Shown: positions 1 to 9,705, counted from the first letter of the stretch. The stretch is 64,000 bases of DNA from a virus (IMGVR_UViG_3300045988_138358); one strand, 5' to 3'. Translations and numbers: made by a program. Notes: generated by a model from the letters alone, not told the origin.

Positions 1-617
1 TCACTTGCTGAGTTAATTTCGGAGAGTAAAACTTCGGCGGCTGTCACTGCTGCCCGTAAAGCATCAATTTCATCCTGAGTAATGACTGGAGCCTGAGCGC
101 CCCCAGCACCACCCTGTCCACCATTGCTTTCACCACCACCAGCACTTCCGGTAGCTTCAATTTTTGCGTTAATGGCGTTCATGGCGGTTTTCAGAGCATC
201 AAGTTTTAGCGCCGTCAATGCGTCCGTTAGAGATTGCGGAATGGAAACATTCCCCATTCCCTCAACAAGGGCGAAAGCAGGTATGGGGGTCAGCTCGTTA
301 CCTTTTGCGTAGCATTCCCAGCCAATCTTCATCTGTAACAGCTCTGATGGTTTGGTGTATGGGGAAAGAGAATCAGCCAGTAATGAAGACGCTTTGCTGG
401 CCTCATTGAGCTGTTCGGAAAATCCAAGCAATTGAGTCGTCCAGGCCGACACTGAATCAGGATAGGTTTTATCAGGGTGAACCATTTCCTGTATTGCGCT
501 CGCGAGTGACGAGGCTTTTGAAGAAGCCGCCCGGCTTATGGTTATTGATTCCGGTGTGGAGGCACCAGCACCAGACAGAATTTGGAAGGCTTTAACTTCA
601 CCTATTGAATCAAGCAT
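1..617 (-). CDS. hypothetical phage structural protein, Gly-rich; 3' end lies beyond window start
   Basis: Open frame on minus strand from ATG at 615-617 (MLDSIGEVKAFQ...) running off position 1 with no stop; start overlaps stop of upstream PAAR gene in a TAATG junction. Not in the ORF track because it is incomplete. Confidence 0.4.
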   Translation of the reverse strand, partial: MLDSIGEVKAFQILSGAGASTPESITISRAASSKASSLASAIQEMVHPDKTYPDSVSAWTTQLLGFSEQLNEASKASSLLADSLSPYTKPSELLQMKIGWECYAKGNELTPIPAFALVEGMGNVSIPQSLTDALTALKLDALKTAMNAINAKIEATGSAGGGESNGGQGGAGGAQAPVITQDEIDALRAAVTAAEVLLSEINSAS

Positions 618-901
618 TATGCGACCTGAAAAATATCCTCGCCGTTAGCGATAACAGAACCACAAGAAAGCGGATCGCCTACGCAGACTACTCCCTTTCC
701 ACCTATTGAATACCATGCCCGTGTCGATACAGCCGATCCGGGATGTGCACTGTTGCCATCTGTATGGCTGGGAAACATGGCACCATCCACAACAACTGGC
801 TTACCGTTGACGGTGAACCAGGGAACGGTTTCAGCTACCAGTCGCGGCGGAAATCCTCCGTGACCGGAACAAAGTGTGTCGCTGGTGGCTATTGCGCTCA
901 T
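617..901 (-). CDS. PAAR-repeat spike-tip protein
   Basis: 94 aa; repeated G-x-P / VNGKP...VGD...CG motifs typical of PAAR domain proteins that cap phage or T6SS spikes. Confidence 0.55.
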   Translation of the reverse strand: MSAIATSDTLCSGHGGFPPRLVAETVPWFTVNGKPVVVDGAMFPSHTDGNSAHPGSAVSTRAWYSIGGKGVVCVGDPLSCGSVIANGEDIFQVA

Positions 902-994
902 TCTTCATCTCCTGGTTATTCGCCTATTGTCATCACTTTGTTATTTCGTCACTCAAAGAGAGAGTGAAATCACGGAACATTTACAATTCCCGTT

Positions 995-1153
995 TTGTTC
1001 TCAAATTGTTCTCAAATTGTTCTCACTTCTATCCAAGTGCCCGGCAGGCGATTAAAGATATTCTCAAAACAACCTCAATTATGACTCTTATTTATCTCTA
1101 ATTATGTGGATTTTCGATGCCTCCTCTTTTAAAATCATGATTTGATTCTCAAA
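995..1153. repeat. parC-like centromere/promoter iterons upstream of parM
   Basis: Three tandem 11-bp repeats TTGTTCTCAAA at 995-1027 plus further TTCTCAAA copies at about 1051 and 1146, immediately upstream of parM. Confidence 0.55.
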
Positions 1154-1178
1154 TGTGTCTCAGAAGTGGAGCAAGAAG

Positions 1179-2135
1179 ATGCGCATTTTTATCGACGATG
1201 GTTCAACAAATATCAAAATGCTGTGGGAACACGACGGGGAAACTCGCACGCACATCAGCCCTAACAGCTTTAAGCGCGGATGGTCAGCAACATTTGGTGC
1301 TGGCAAGCCATTTAACTATGTCATTGACGACGAAAAGTATTCGTATGATTTGATCTCGCCAGATGTTCTGCCGACGAATAACGTGGAATGGCAATACAGC
1401 CCGCTTAACGTCCTGGCTGTTCACCACGCCCTGCTGACAAGTGGCATTGAGCCGCAGGAAGTAGAAATTGTGGTTACGCTGCCACTGGCGGAGTTTTACG
1501 ACGACGACGCGCAATACAATCTCGATAACATCGAGCGCAAGAAAGCCAGCCTTATGCGCCCCGTCACGCTGAATAAAGGCAATGTATTCACGATTAAGAA
1601 AGTTACGGTACGCCCGGAGTCTATTCCGGCAGGAATTGGCCTGTGCGACAATCTGACCCCTGCCCACTCTGTTCTTATCGTCGATTTGGGTGGAACTACC
1701 CTTGATGTTTCAATGGTCGCCGGGCAAATGACGGCAGTTTCCCGTGTTTTTGGCGATTCGAATCTTGGCGTCTCTCTGGTTACCAGGGAAGTAAGGCAAG
1801 CACTTGCCAGAGCCAATACCGAAACGTCAAATTACAATGTCGATCAGCTCATTATTAACCGCCACGATGAAGATTATCTGAACGACAATATCAATGACCC
1901 ATCAGCTATTGGTGATGTGAAAAAGGCCATTGCTGCAAGTATTGACCGTCTGCGTACCCGCGTTCTTGATGTGATTGGCGATTTTAAAGGATATACGCAT
2001 GTCATGGTGATCGGTGGCGGCGCACCGCTGGTGGCTGATGCAATTCGCGAGCAAGTTAATATTCGCGATGACCGTTTCTTCGTGGCGGATGACCCGCAAC
2101 TTGCTCTTGTTCATGGCCTGAAAGCAATCGGTTAA
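1179..2135 (+). CDS. parM: actin-like partition ATPase ParM (StbA)
   Basis: MRIFIDDGSTNIK...ISPNSF...WQYSPLNVLAVHHALLTSG closely matches plasmid R1 ParM; start moved to internal Met (ORF track 1155). Confidence 0.85.
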   Translation: MRIFIDDGSTNIKMLWEHDGETRTHISPNSFKRGWSATFGAGKPFNYVIDDEKYSYDLISPDVLPTNNVEWQYSPLNVLAVHHALLTSGIEPQEVEIVVTLPLAEFYDDDAQYNLDNIERKKASLMRPVTLNKGNVFTIKKVTVRPESIPAGIGLCDNLTPAHSVLIVDLGGTTLDVSMVAGQMTAVSRVFGDSNLGVSLVTREVRQALARANTETSNYNVDQLIINRHDEDYLNDNINDPSAIGDVKKAIAASIDRLRTRVLDVIGDFKGYTHVMVIGGGAPLVADAIREQVNIRDDRFFVADDPQLALVHGLKAIG

Positions 2136-2141
2136 CGAGGT

Positions 2142-2486
2142 ATGTCCATGTCTCAGGAACGTAAGAAAGTGATGATTTATCTTCGCCCAGGGGCTTATGC
2201 CAATGAAAAGGCGGCGAGCGAGAAGATAAAAAAACATAGCGATATGGCAAGAACTGCATTGTTGGCAGGGCTTGCGCTGGGAGAAGTCGATAGCAGGCTT
2301 CCTGGATTACTGGCTTCCCTGCTGACCGAAGACAATAACCCGGAGCAGATCCGAAAAATGCTGGCATCCTTCCTGGAATTACCTGCTGCTGTTGAGGAGC
2401 ACCCTGCCGCCATTGAGCCAGCGAAGGAGCAAGTTGTTGCCAAAAGCGTGTCGGCGCGTAATCTTGCTGATTCTCTACCTGATTGA
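2142..2486 (+). CDS. parR: partition adaptor ParR-like
   Basis: Small protein directly after parM with 7-nt gap; position and ALLAGLAL segment fit ParR/StbB. Confidence 0.6.
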   Translation: MSMSQERKKVMIYLRPGAYANEKAASEKIKKHSDMARTALLAGLALGEVDSRLPGLLASLLTEDNNPEQIRKMLASFLELPAAVEEHPAAIEPAKEQVVAKSVSARNLADSLPD

Positions 2487-2506
2487 TGGTCAAAACTCTA
2501 TTTTAA

Positions 2507-2529
2507 GGCTGCAAATTGCAGCCTTTTTT
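2507..2529 (+). terminator. rho-independent terminator after parR
   Basis: GGCTGCAA/TTGCAGCC stem followed by a T-run. Confidence 0.6.
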
Positions 2530-2585
2530 GTTCCTTTTTGGTGTTAAAATGGCATCAAAGCGACACCAAATGGGCGTCGTTAATG

Positions 2586-2730
2586 TACTGGTGCATACTT
2601 GGTGCTAATTTAGTGCTATTCAGGCGCAAAACGTGTACCAGTATCCATCGGATTTGATGTTATACTTCCGGCATTAAGAATGGTGCTATTGCTGTACCGT
2701 TGATGTGTAAAAGTGGTGCCGTTTTAGTGT
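2586..2730. repeat. GGTGC-type repeat array, candidate centromere for ParF/ParG module
   Basis: Several copies of (A/T)GTGGTGC(C/T)A and TGTACCAGT upstream of the Walker ATPase gene; similar copies recur downstream at 3713-3750. Confidence 0.4.
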
Positions 2731-2758
2731 AAAAATAGAGCCAAAATAAAGCCGAGGT

Positions 2759-3406
2759 ATGGACATGATTATCCTGGTAGCAAGTCAAAAGGGAGGCTGT
2801 GGCAAGTCAACCACCAGCGTCAATATTTGTGCCGAGCTGGCCCGAAAAAACAAAGATGTCGTCTTGATTGATGCTGATAAGCAGGGAACGGCAGCTCGAT
2901 GGGCGTCAGACCGTAATTCGTCCGAAGTGACACCAGTTATTCATTGCGTCCAGAAGTTTGGAAATATTCGAGAAACTCTGCTCGATCTTAACAATCGATA
3001 TGAATACGTGGTTGTTGATACCGCAGGTCGTGATAGTAAAGAGATGCGCACAGGTATAACGGCGGCGGATATTCTATTGGTTCCATTCAGGCCGTCTCAG
3101 CCAGATTTGGACACGCTGGCACACTTTGTTGAGGTGTTTGAAGAGGCTTTGGATCTGATGCCTAATCCCAATATTAAGGCGTGCGCAGTCTTAACTATGG
3201 CCCCGTCAAATCCGGTTGTGAATGAAGCAAATGAGGCCAAAGAGTATCTGGCAGAATATCCGCAACTGAAATTGCTGAAAACCATTATTCGCGATCGCAA
3301 GGTTTACCGCGACTGCATGGCTGAAGGAAAGGGTGTTGTTGAGATGGATAACGGTAAGGCGAAAGGTGAAATTCAGATGTTAGTTAAGGAGTTGCTAAGT
3401 GATTAA
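2759..3406 (+). CDS. ParA/ParF-type small Walker partition ATPase
   Basis: 215 aa; deviant Walker A VASQKGGCGKSTTS; size typical of type Ib ParA/ParF. Confidence 0.85.
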   Translation: MDMIILVASQKGGCGKSTTSVNICAELARKNKDVVLIDADKQGTAARWASDRNSSEVTPVIHCVQKFGNIRETLLDLNNRYEYVVVDTAGRDSKEMRTGITAADILLVPFRPSQPDLDTLAHFVEVFEEALDLMPNPNIKACAVLTMAPSNPVVNEANEAKEYLAEYPQLKLLKTIIRDRKVYRDCMAEGKGVVEMDNGKAKGEIQMLVKELLSD

Positions 3407-3683
3407 ACGTCGAGAACCAGCTAAAGCGCCTAAGGCTACTGATCCGGAACTTGAGCGAAGAATTGAAGAGTTCGCCAGCAAAGCGGATTTAATCCCGGAT
3501 GAAATTACAACGGGGAAGGTGCTTGATAAAGATGCGCCGCGCGACTTTAAATCCATACGCGTGAGCTTTAATGAATATGAGTACGGGGTGCTCGATGCGT
3601 TAAGCAAAAAGCTTAACCGCAGCAAATTGAACCTGATTCGACATGCCATCCTCATGCTTGCTGAGTCAGAGGATGCTAAATGA
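3399..3683 (+). CDS. ParG/ParB-like small centromere-binding protein (putative)
   Basis: 94 aa basic protein overlapping the end of the ParA-like gene, as in type Ib partition operons. Confidence 0.5.
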   Translation: MIKRREPAKAPKATDPELERRIEEFASKADLIPDEITTGKVLDKDAPRDFKSIRVSFNEYEYGVLDALSKKLNRSKLNLIRHAILMLAESEDAK

Positions 3684-3802
3684 TACCGATTTGATGCCTT
3701 ATTGGCGTCTATCGTGTACCAGTGCAATAATGTGTCAAAGTGGTGCCATAATGGTGTTAATATACAGCCATATTGATATCAAATTGACACTGTATCGGCA
3801 TC

Positions 3803-3830
3803 AAAAAGCCCCAGGCGGGGCTTTTTCTAT
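3803..3830. terminator. bidirectional hairpin terminator between parG-like and dam
   Basis: GCCCC-AGGC-GGGGC stem with A-run before and T-run after; sits where two converging genes meet. Confidence 0.55.
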
Positions 3831-4732
3831 TTGAGCGTTGCAATGATATCGTTAGCGACTATTCGCGTGGATGCTTTGCATGACACGGACCGTCTGGCTG
3901 GCATGTGGTACAGCTTAAAACCGTTTCTTTCGTACAATTCGCGAATTTTTGGCGCGCCACTGTTTGTTATTACTATCTTTGCACCGCGCTGGTGGGCCGC
4001 CACCAACAGTGATACAAGCCGTTTTTGTTCATCGAAAAGGAAGCTATTTCCTGAATAGCTGGTAAATCCCTCTGTATCTGGCAGCGGCTCATACGGCGGA
4101 TCACAAAAAATCACATCGTCTTCACCAGCCGCCTCGATGACACCAGCAAAGTCACCTGATACAAAGGAAGTGTTTTTGAGTACGTCATCAGCCAAAAATG
4201 CCTTCATCTCTGCATGTGGGAAGTAGGGCGCTTTGTATTTGCCATACCCCACGTTGAACTCGCCATTTTGGTTGTACCGCGTTACGCCATTAAAACAGTG
4301 ACGATTAAGGTACAAAAATGCGGCAGCATGATGTAGTTGGTCATACTTTCCTCTGTTAAATGCCTCACGCACTTCGAGGTAAGCGTCAGCGTTGTTGTAA
4401 TTTTTGAAAAAACTATATGACAGCGTGACGAGCGAATGTCCTTCTCGCTGCAATGTCTGATAGAAGTTAATCAGGTCACCGTTAATATCATTAAGCAGGT
4501 TGTGGCGAAATCCTGCATTCGTAAATACGGAACCGCCACCAACGAATGGTTCTATTAACCGCTTACCGTGTGGTAGATGCTCAAGCACTGTAGGCAATTC
4601 TGAGAATTTACCACCTACCCATTTGAATATCGGACGCTCATATTCATCCGGAGTCCGAATGGTGCGCATATAGCTAATTTCAGCCATCGTATCCTGTTTT
4701 TCTATGGCTATGCTTGCTATAGATTTACTCAT
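3827..4732 (-). CDS. dam: DNA adenine methyltransferase (Dam family)
   Basis: KWVGGK, NRHCFNG and DPPY motifs of Dam-type N6-adenine methyltransferases; start set at MSKS, 2 nt after the stop of the upstream gene (ORF track extends to 4828). Confidence 0.85.
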   Translation of the reverse strand: MSKSIASIAIEKQDTMAEISYMRTIRTPDEYERPIFKWVGGKFSELPTVLEHLPHGKRLIEPFVGGGSVFTNAGFRHNLLNDINGDLINFYQTLQREGHSLVTLSYSFFKNYNNADAYLEVREAFNRGKYDQLHHAAAFLYLNRHCFNGVTRYNQNGEFNVGYGKYKAPYFPHAEMKAFLADDVLKNTSFVSGDFAGVIEAAGEDDVIFCDPPYEPLPDTEGFTSYSGNSFLFDEQKRLVSLLVAAHQRGAKIVITNSGAPKIRELYERNGFKLYHMPARRSVSCKASTRIVANDIIATLK

Positions 4733-5477
4733 AGAGCACCCCCTTATTCGCTTCGAAAACTGCCTTTGCGAATCCATGTGGAGTAGCACTTCGAAAATTA
4801 GCCCTGTCAGGCCCTGGTGGCGCGGCATGGATTCTGTTATCTGGCTTGCCTAATGATTCGTCCATTAGGGCATCAGGCATGACAAAGCCCTGGCCGCTCC
4901 AGAGGCATGTTTTTTTTGTGTAGTTATCTTCCTGACAATATGCAGTGAAGAAGTAAGGGTGAAAGATGTGATCTGGCTTACGCCAGAATGTCGATATTTT
5001 GCTGACCGGATTTTCAATCATGTACGGACAACCGATCATCTTTGCAATGTCATAACACTGCCAGACAACCTGCATTGCTTTGAACTGGAAAACCGGATCT
5101 TTATTAGCCTTGTCCGAAAACCAGCGCGCGCCGGAAACAGCCAGGTCAGTACACGGTGGGAACCCGGCCAGAAACACGATGCGCTGCAAATTCTTACGGA
5201 GAAAAGCGTATACTTCATCGCTATCGATGATCGCACTAATACGCGTCAGAACGGCACCTGATTGCATCCGCTCGTCACTGGTCGATAAGTGCTGTGGATC
5301 GACGATAGCGGCATCGACACCGTATTCCAGCCAGGGGGCAACCATTGCCCCCGTAAAATCACAAAGACTCACAACAAGCTGTCGGTTATTATCGTTCTGC
5401 TTCACCGCCAATGGCCTCCACCAGCGCGTTAAACAGTGCAGATAATTCGCCCGTAAAGAGCACGAAATCAGCATCAA
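4725..5477 (-). CDS. C5-cytosine methyltransferase-like protein (short)
   Basis: FLAGFPPC (PC motif) and IENP (ENV-like) motifs; true start may be a GTG nearer the rdgC stop since the track start overlaps rdgC by about 90 nt. Confidence 0.55.
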   Translation of the reverse strand: MMLISCSLRANYLHCLTRWWRPLAVKQNDNNRQLVVSLCDFTGAMVAPWLEYGVDAAIVDPQHLSTSDERMQSGAVLTRISAIIDSDEVYAFLRKNLQRIVFLAGFPPCTDLAVSGARWFSDKANKDPVFQFKAMQVVWQCYDIAKMIGCPYMIENPVSKISTFWRKPDHIFHPYFFTAYCQEDNYTKKTCLWSGQGFVMPDALMDESLGKPDNRIHAAPPGPDRANFRSATPHGFAKAVFEANKGVLYE

Positions 5478-6294
5478 ATCGTTGTGCTACATCCTCCCGG
5501 TCGATATCGTCGTTCTGGTCATAGAGATCATCACAGAATGTCAGGGCTTTGATACTCATATCATCGTTGACTCTGAACGACGCACGGTCCATCCAGTTAA
5601 TTGCAACGGTCGTAGCTACTTTCCCCGCCTCAATGTGAGACATAATCTCGTCGGACTGTAGATCAACTTTGTTGCAGCGAACGGCACCACCATTATCGAG
5701 CAGACCCTTTAATGTGGCGTCTTCACCTGCTGTAAATCCGGCAGGGAAGCCGCTTTTAAACCACTCGGTCATTGTAATTTCCAGCGGTTCGCGTGGTGTG
5801 AATGGAATGACAGGCAGGCTGCCGAGCGACTTTCGCAATAAAGCCAGCTGGTCCTCTGCCTTTTTGGCGCTGCTTGCCTCAACGAATACCAGATGGTTGC
5901 TGCGGTCGATCAGGATTTTGGCGAGTGATTTTCTCGTGAACGCGCGAGGCAAAAGTGAATGCAGGACTTCATCTTTAAGACTGTCTCTTTCCGTTTTCTT
6001 CAGCTTGCGGGCTTGCTCTTCTTCGAGTTTCAGGACTTTTTTCTGCAACTCTTCCTTGAGCACCTGCGAGGGGAGAATTTTTTCTTCTCGCTTATGCTGT
6101 ATTAGCAGAAAACCCTGGTATTCATGGGTGAGGTTGTCACCAAGAACAGGTGTCCAACCGACTTTAGCTGTGTCCTGAGAACCGCAAGGAGTAAACACGA
6201 ATTTGCTAAGAGCATCGGATACTTCTGCGGCACTCCAGTTAACTTCACGTGAAAGACGATAGATGAAGATGTTTTTGAAAGCGACTGATCTCAT
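5389..6294 (-). CDS. rdgC: recombination-associated protein RdgC
   Basis: Near full-length similarity to E. coli RdgC (YRLSRE..., [41 protein letters not shown] end). Confidence 0.85.
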   Translation of the reverse strand: MRSVAFKNIFIYRLSREVNWSAAEVSDALSKFVFTPCGSQDTAKVGWTPVLGDNLTHEYQGFLLIQHKREEKILPSQVLKEELQKKVLKLEEEQARKLKKTERDSLKDEVLHSLLPRAFTRKSLAKILIDRSNHLVFVEASSAKKAEDQLALLRKSLGSLPVIPFTPREPLEITMTEWFKSGFPAGFTAGEDATLKGLLDNGGAVRCNKVDLQSDEIMSHIEAGKVATTVAINWMDRASFRVNDDMSIKALTFCDDLYDQNDDIDREDVAQRFDADFVLFTGELSALFNALVEAIGGEAER

Positions 6295-6300
6295 GTTTCA

Positions 6301-6344
6301 CCAATTGTGTTAGAAAATTCTATTCAATTATCTAACACAATTGG
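6301..6344. promoter_or_regulatory. inverted pair of TGTTAGA operator-like half-sites upstream of rdgC
   Basis: CCAATTGTGTTAGA ... TCTAACACAATTGG, perfect 14-bp inverted repeat with 16-bp spacer, ending 7 bp from the rdgC start. Confidence 0.55.
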
Positions 6345-6353
6345 ATGTGTTTT

Positions 6354-7007
6354 CTATCCCTTCTTGAAATCAAAGTTGCTTGCGATGGCCTGGAAGGTGC
6401 CTCCAGCCTTGAAATCAATATTTTCGTCGGCTGTCACAGTAATGTTTTTGCCATTAACGCTGATGTTATCGGCTGATTTGACGTTAACACTCCCTCCCGC
6501 ATTCACTACTACATCAGCCGGACCAATGATGTATATCTGCCCTGATTCATTCATTCCAATCCTTGAGCCTGCTGCCGTATTCGCTATTTCATATCCACCG
6601 CCAGCCGTTCGCACTTCGAGCACATTGTTGCGGTGAATCACGAAATCTTTTGTCGCCGAAAATTGCGGGCGGGGAGGCGCTCCGTCTACTTCTGGTGGCG
6701 TCCAGCCGCTACCATTGCCTGACGCCTCCGGCGCGACGTTTGGTACTCCTCCAGGCGCATCCTGAGCTGCGCCAACTATCATTGGGCGTCTGGTATCAAT
6801 TCGACCATTAACATCCAGATAAGGAAACTCTACCCATACCAGGTCGCCTTTTACTGTAGGTACAAACGCGTTACCTATGGGTAACAGGTATTCTGCCCAG
6901 GGTAGATCGTCATCAGGAACGCCATTCCAGTCTGGTAAAACACGGACCTGAGCACGCATAAGCCCTGCCGGGTGCACAGTTCCAACAATTTGCGCTCTAC
7001 GCTTCAT
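6354..7007 (-). CDS. baseplate spike / gpV-like protein (putative)
   Basis: N-terminal region resembles the gpV OB-fold pattern (IVGTV...RVLP...GDLVWVEF); C-terminal short repeats (NVKSADNISVNGKNITV) typical of spike beta-structure. Confidence 0.45.
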   Translation of the reverse strand: MKRRAQIVGTVHPAGLMRAQVRVLPDWNGVPDDDLPWAEYLLPIGNAFVPTVKGDLVWVEFPYLDVNGRIDTRRPMIVGAAQDAPGGVPNVAPEASGNGSGWTPPEVDGAPPRPQFSATKDFVIHRNNVLEVRTAGGGYEIANTAAGSRIGMNESGQIYIIGPADVVVNAGGSVNVKSADNISVNGKNITVTADENIDFKAGGTFQAIASNFDFKKG

Positions 7008-7984
7008 TTGTTCGGCACTCCTAATATCATTCGTGTTGTGTAGCCTACGCGGTCTTCAAAGTGCGCAACATTTTTTACTATCAGCTTGCGGGGCATTGAT
7101 TCATCAATGCGGTTTTCCTGGTCATAGCGGTATACGATAATCTCTATTACCATTCCCGGTTTTATATCCGGATTGCCTGCGACTTCTATATCCATTTTGG
7201 GGACGAGAGACAGCTGCATATTGCGAAGAGTTTCCATATCAGAGTCGGATATATAACGCACTGGGAGTGAGCTATCGCCATATTCGACGTAGCCATCGGT
7301 CATGGAATACCCAACAAAACGATATTGATTCTTTGCTGTTGTCGCATGTTCCTGTTGGAGTAGGCGCATTTTGGACAAAGTGTATTCTGCTTTAGGGTTA
7401 TTCCCCTCGTAGGTAAATGATGGCGTTTGCTTCATCAGATCAGCCAGGGTGTAAAAGTTAAATTCCCCACGGCATACCCAACATAATGCACCTTTGTCTC
7501 GCGCTATCTGCGAGAGCATTTTTGACGGTTTGTCACCGGCATTCAGATGATATGTAACTGCGCGTTTTAGCACGCTGCTGGTAATTTTAAGCTTGCCGGA
7601 ATATGCCTTGAATATAGCGTCTGGTGTTTTGTTGGTATGTAAATTTGTGCGCGGGGAGGGGATCTTAAACCTGCGCACGTCTTCACTGACAGCAATAACG
7701 GTAACAACATCACCAGCCAGCATTGCAGACGTAACAAAGAAGTCTGTTTTAAAAGTGCCTGCATTACCGTTTGGATCGCCCATTTCAGCCACCAGCGATG
7801 CACCGTATTTGGCTTTCCAGTCATCAATTACAGTGCCGGTAGCGTCATGAATTTCCAGTTTTAGCAAAGGGGCTTTGAGGCTGGTTTTTTCTACATATAC
7901 TGCGGTAAAAATCCAGTCTCGTGGCACTTTGTTATCGTTAATGAGCACTGACTGTAGAAAATATTGTTGTAACTCCTGGGCCAC
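7004..7984 (-). CDS. hypothetical phage protein
   Basis: 326-aa ORF, stop overlaps next gene start; no recognised motif. Confidence 0.5.
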   Translation of the reverse strand: MAQELQQYFLQSVLINDNKVPRDWIFTAVYVEKTSLKAPLLKLEIHDATGTVIDDWKAKYGASLVAEMGDPNGNAGTFKTDFFVTSAMLAGDVVTVIAVSEDVRRFKIPSPRTNLHTNKTPDAIFKAYSGKLKITSSVLKRAVTYHLNAGDKPSKMLSQIARDKGALCWVCRGEFNFYTLADLMKQTPSFTYEGNNPKAEYTLSKMRLLQQEHATTAKNQYRFVGYSMTDGYVEYGDSSLPVRYISDSDMETLRNMQLSLVPKMDIEVAGNPDIKPGMVIEIIVYRYDQENRIDESMPRKLIVKNVAHFEDRVGYTTRMILGVPNK

Positions 7985-7987
7985 TTA

Positions 7988-8755
7988 TCACCCCATAGAT
8001 ATCGAGGTTTCGGTAATAATACGTTTTGCGTCCAACTCCCATGCTGTGATCACGTCTGCAATCACACTTATCGGCGCTTGTGTGGCATAAATACGCTCTT
8101 CTCCAATTGGTGCCGAAACATCCGTAAATCCGACTTCTTTGGCATCCTGTATCGAGCAAATCAGCGGGACCGGGACACGAACAAGGTGAGTGGTTGCTTC
8201 AAATTGTGTACCTGTCATCAGGCGAAGCCGTGCGCCCAGCGAATTACACATCAGACTCATGGTCGCTTTATCAGTTGCCATTAACGTAACGTCATACGTC
8301 AGAATGGCCTGGGTGTATTCCAGTTCTGCTAAAGGCATTCCGGTATCCGGTTCGCAAAAACTGGCTACTTTTTTGCGGTCAATCTGCTGATCATCGTTGA
8401 TATAATTGATATCCATAGTGCGTGAGATATTGACCAGGGGGAGAGCATCCCGGTTAATGTTCTGGTTTTCAGGTTTTCTCCCTTGCCCGGCATTTGCGCG
8501 ACGAACTGCTTTAAGAAACTCGATCGCATTGTCGAAACGGGCCACATAGACACGCTCTGCTGGTGGACGATTCAGGAATGACGCAAAGCGTTTTTCTTCC
8601 GGCGCGGGGGCCACCAGTAAGATATCAGAAAAGATATTGCTGATTAGCGTAGCAAACGCGTTATCCACGTTTTCAAAGCCCGTGGTCTGGAATTTTCCTG
8701 TGCGTGAGGTTTGCCATTCACCTGTTCGCGCCAGGAGGGTTTTATTTGAAGTCAT
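7988..8755 (-). CDS. hypothetical phage protein
   Basis: 255-aa ORF in the same tightly packed minus-strand operon. Confidence 0.5.
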   Translation of the reverse strand: MTSNKTLLARTGEWQTSRTGKFQTTGFENVDNAFATLISNIFSDILLVAPAPEEKRFASFLNRPPAERVYVARFDNAIEFLKAVRRANAGQGRKPENQNINRDALPLVNISRTMDINYINDDQQIDRKKVASFCEPDTGMPLAELEYTQAILTYDVTLMATDKATMSLMCNSLGARLRLMTGTQFEATTHLVRVPVPLICSIQDAKEVGFTDVSAPIGEERIYATQAPISVIADVITAWELDAKRIITETSISMG

Positions 8756-9549
8756 TCGATCACTCCGTTTTGAGTCGTATCAAAATTCCTGGCAGGTATG
8801 CAGTAGTAAAGCGAACCAACATGCTGTGTGCCGTAGCTAAAAATACGGTGCACGTACCACCAGCGGCGGGCTACGCCGTTTACCATCTCTTCATTCCATT
8901 CAAGAATTGATCCGACGGGGACGTTATTTGCTGCAATACGCAGAATCAGAACATCATCGGTTAAGCCATCCTGCTCACCGTCTGCGTCAATCGCATGGAA
9001 AGAGTCACGCCCGTCCGGGTTATCCAGCACATAAACGATTTCAGGTTCCTGGTAAGTCAGTTCGCGCTGGTTGTTATCCAGTTCAGTGAATGACTCTTCT
9101 CCTGTTTCGTCGCTGACTACCCCATATGTGCCAACATCTGGTCGATATAAGAGAGCCTGAAACGCGTCTGGGCTGGATTCAATAATCAGCATCCAGTCTG
9201 CGCGGATTTGGTCGTTAAAGGCTTTATGCCCGTTATAGCGTGCTTTTAGCTGTGGAGTTGGTTCTCTGCCAGCCAGGGAAGGTGGAAGTATGGCTATATC
9301 TGATTCGGCAGCATCCGGAGTAAGGCCAGCGTTGCTATCAGCAAAATTATCATGGCTATCAGCTTTGGCGGCGGGTTGCTCTTCCAGAATGCTGAATGAA
9401 TCCGAACCGGTATTGCCATGTTCCGGCGCACCTCCTGCATTCGCTTCAATCGGCGCTGGCGTTTCTCTCTGCGTGCTGTCATGTTCTGACTCCTTACTTG
9501 CCAGGTTTGCATCGTCAGCAAACCATTCGTCAAAACGGCCCATAAGCAT
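8752..9549 (-). CDS. hypothetical acidic protein
   Basis: ORF track 8752..9645; start moved to internal Met (MLMGRFDEWF) because the first 32 codons look non-coding. Confidence 0.4.
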   Translation of the reverse strand: MLMGRFDEWFADDANLASKESEHDSTQRETPAPIEANAGGAPEHGNTGSDSFSILEEQPAAKADSHDNFADSNAGLTPDAAESDIAILPPSLAGREPTPQLKARYNGHKAFNDQIRADWMLIIESSPDAFQALLYRPDVGTYGVVSDETGEESFTELDNNQRELTYQEPEIVYVLDNPDGRDSFHAIDADGEQDGLTDDVLILRIAANNVPVGSILEWNEEMVNGVARRWWYVHRIFSYGTQHVGSLYYCIPARNFDTTQNGVIE

Positions 9550-9705
9550 CCTCAAAGGTCGATCTGTCAGGTATCGAAAGGAAGATTTTCGGGAGATTGT
9601 GATTTTGGATGAAGGAGGGGGAATCCATAAAATGCACTTGCGCACAGTGCAACAGTGCGCTATAGTTATGGCATTCGGTAATCATCACGGAGGATCAAAT
9701 GACTA

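Noticed and set aside
995-1027. Short tandem direct repeats considered as a possible CRISPR array.
   Set aside because: The repeats are 11 bp with no intervening spacers and sit immediately upstream of parM; they are partition iterons. No repeat-spacer structure and no cas genes were seen anywhere in the window.
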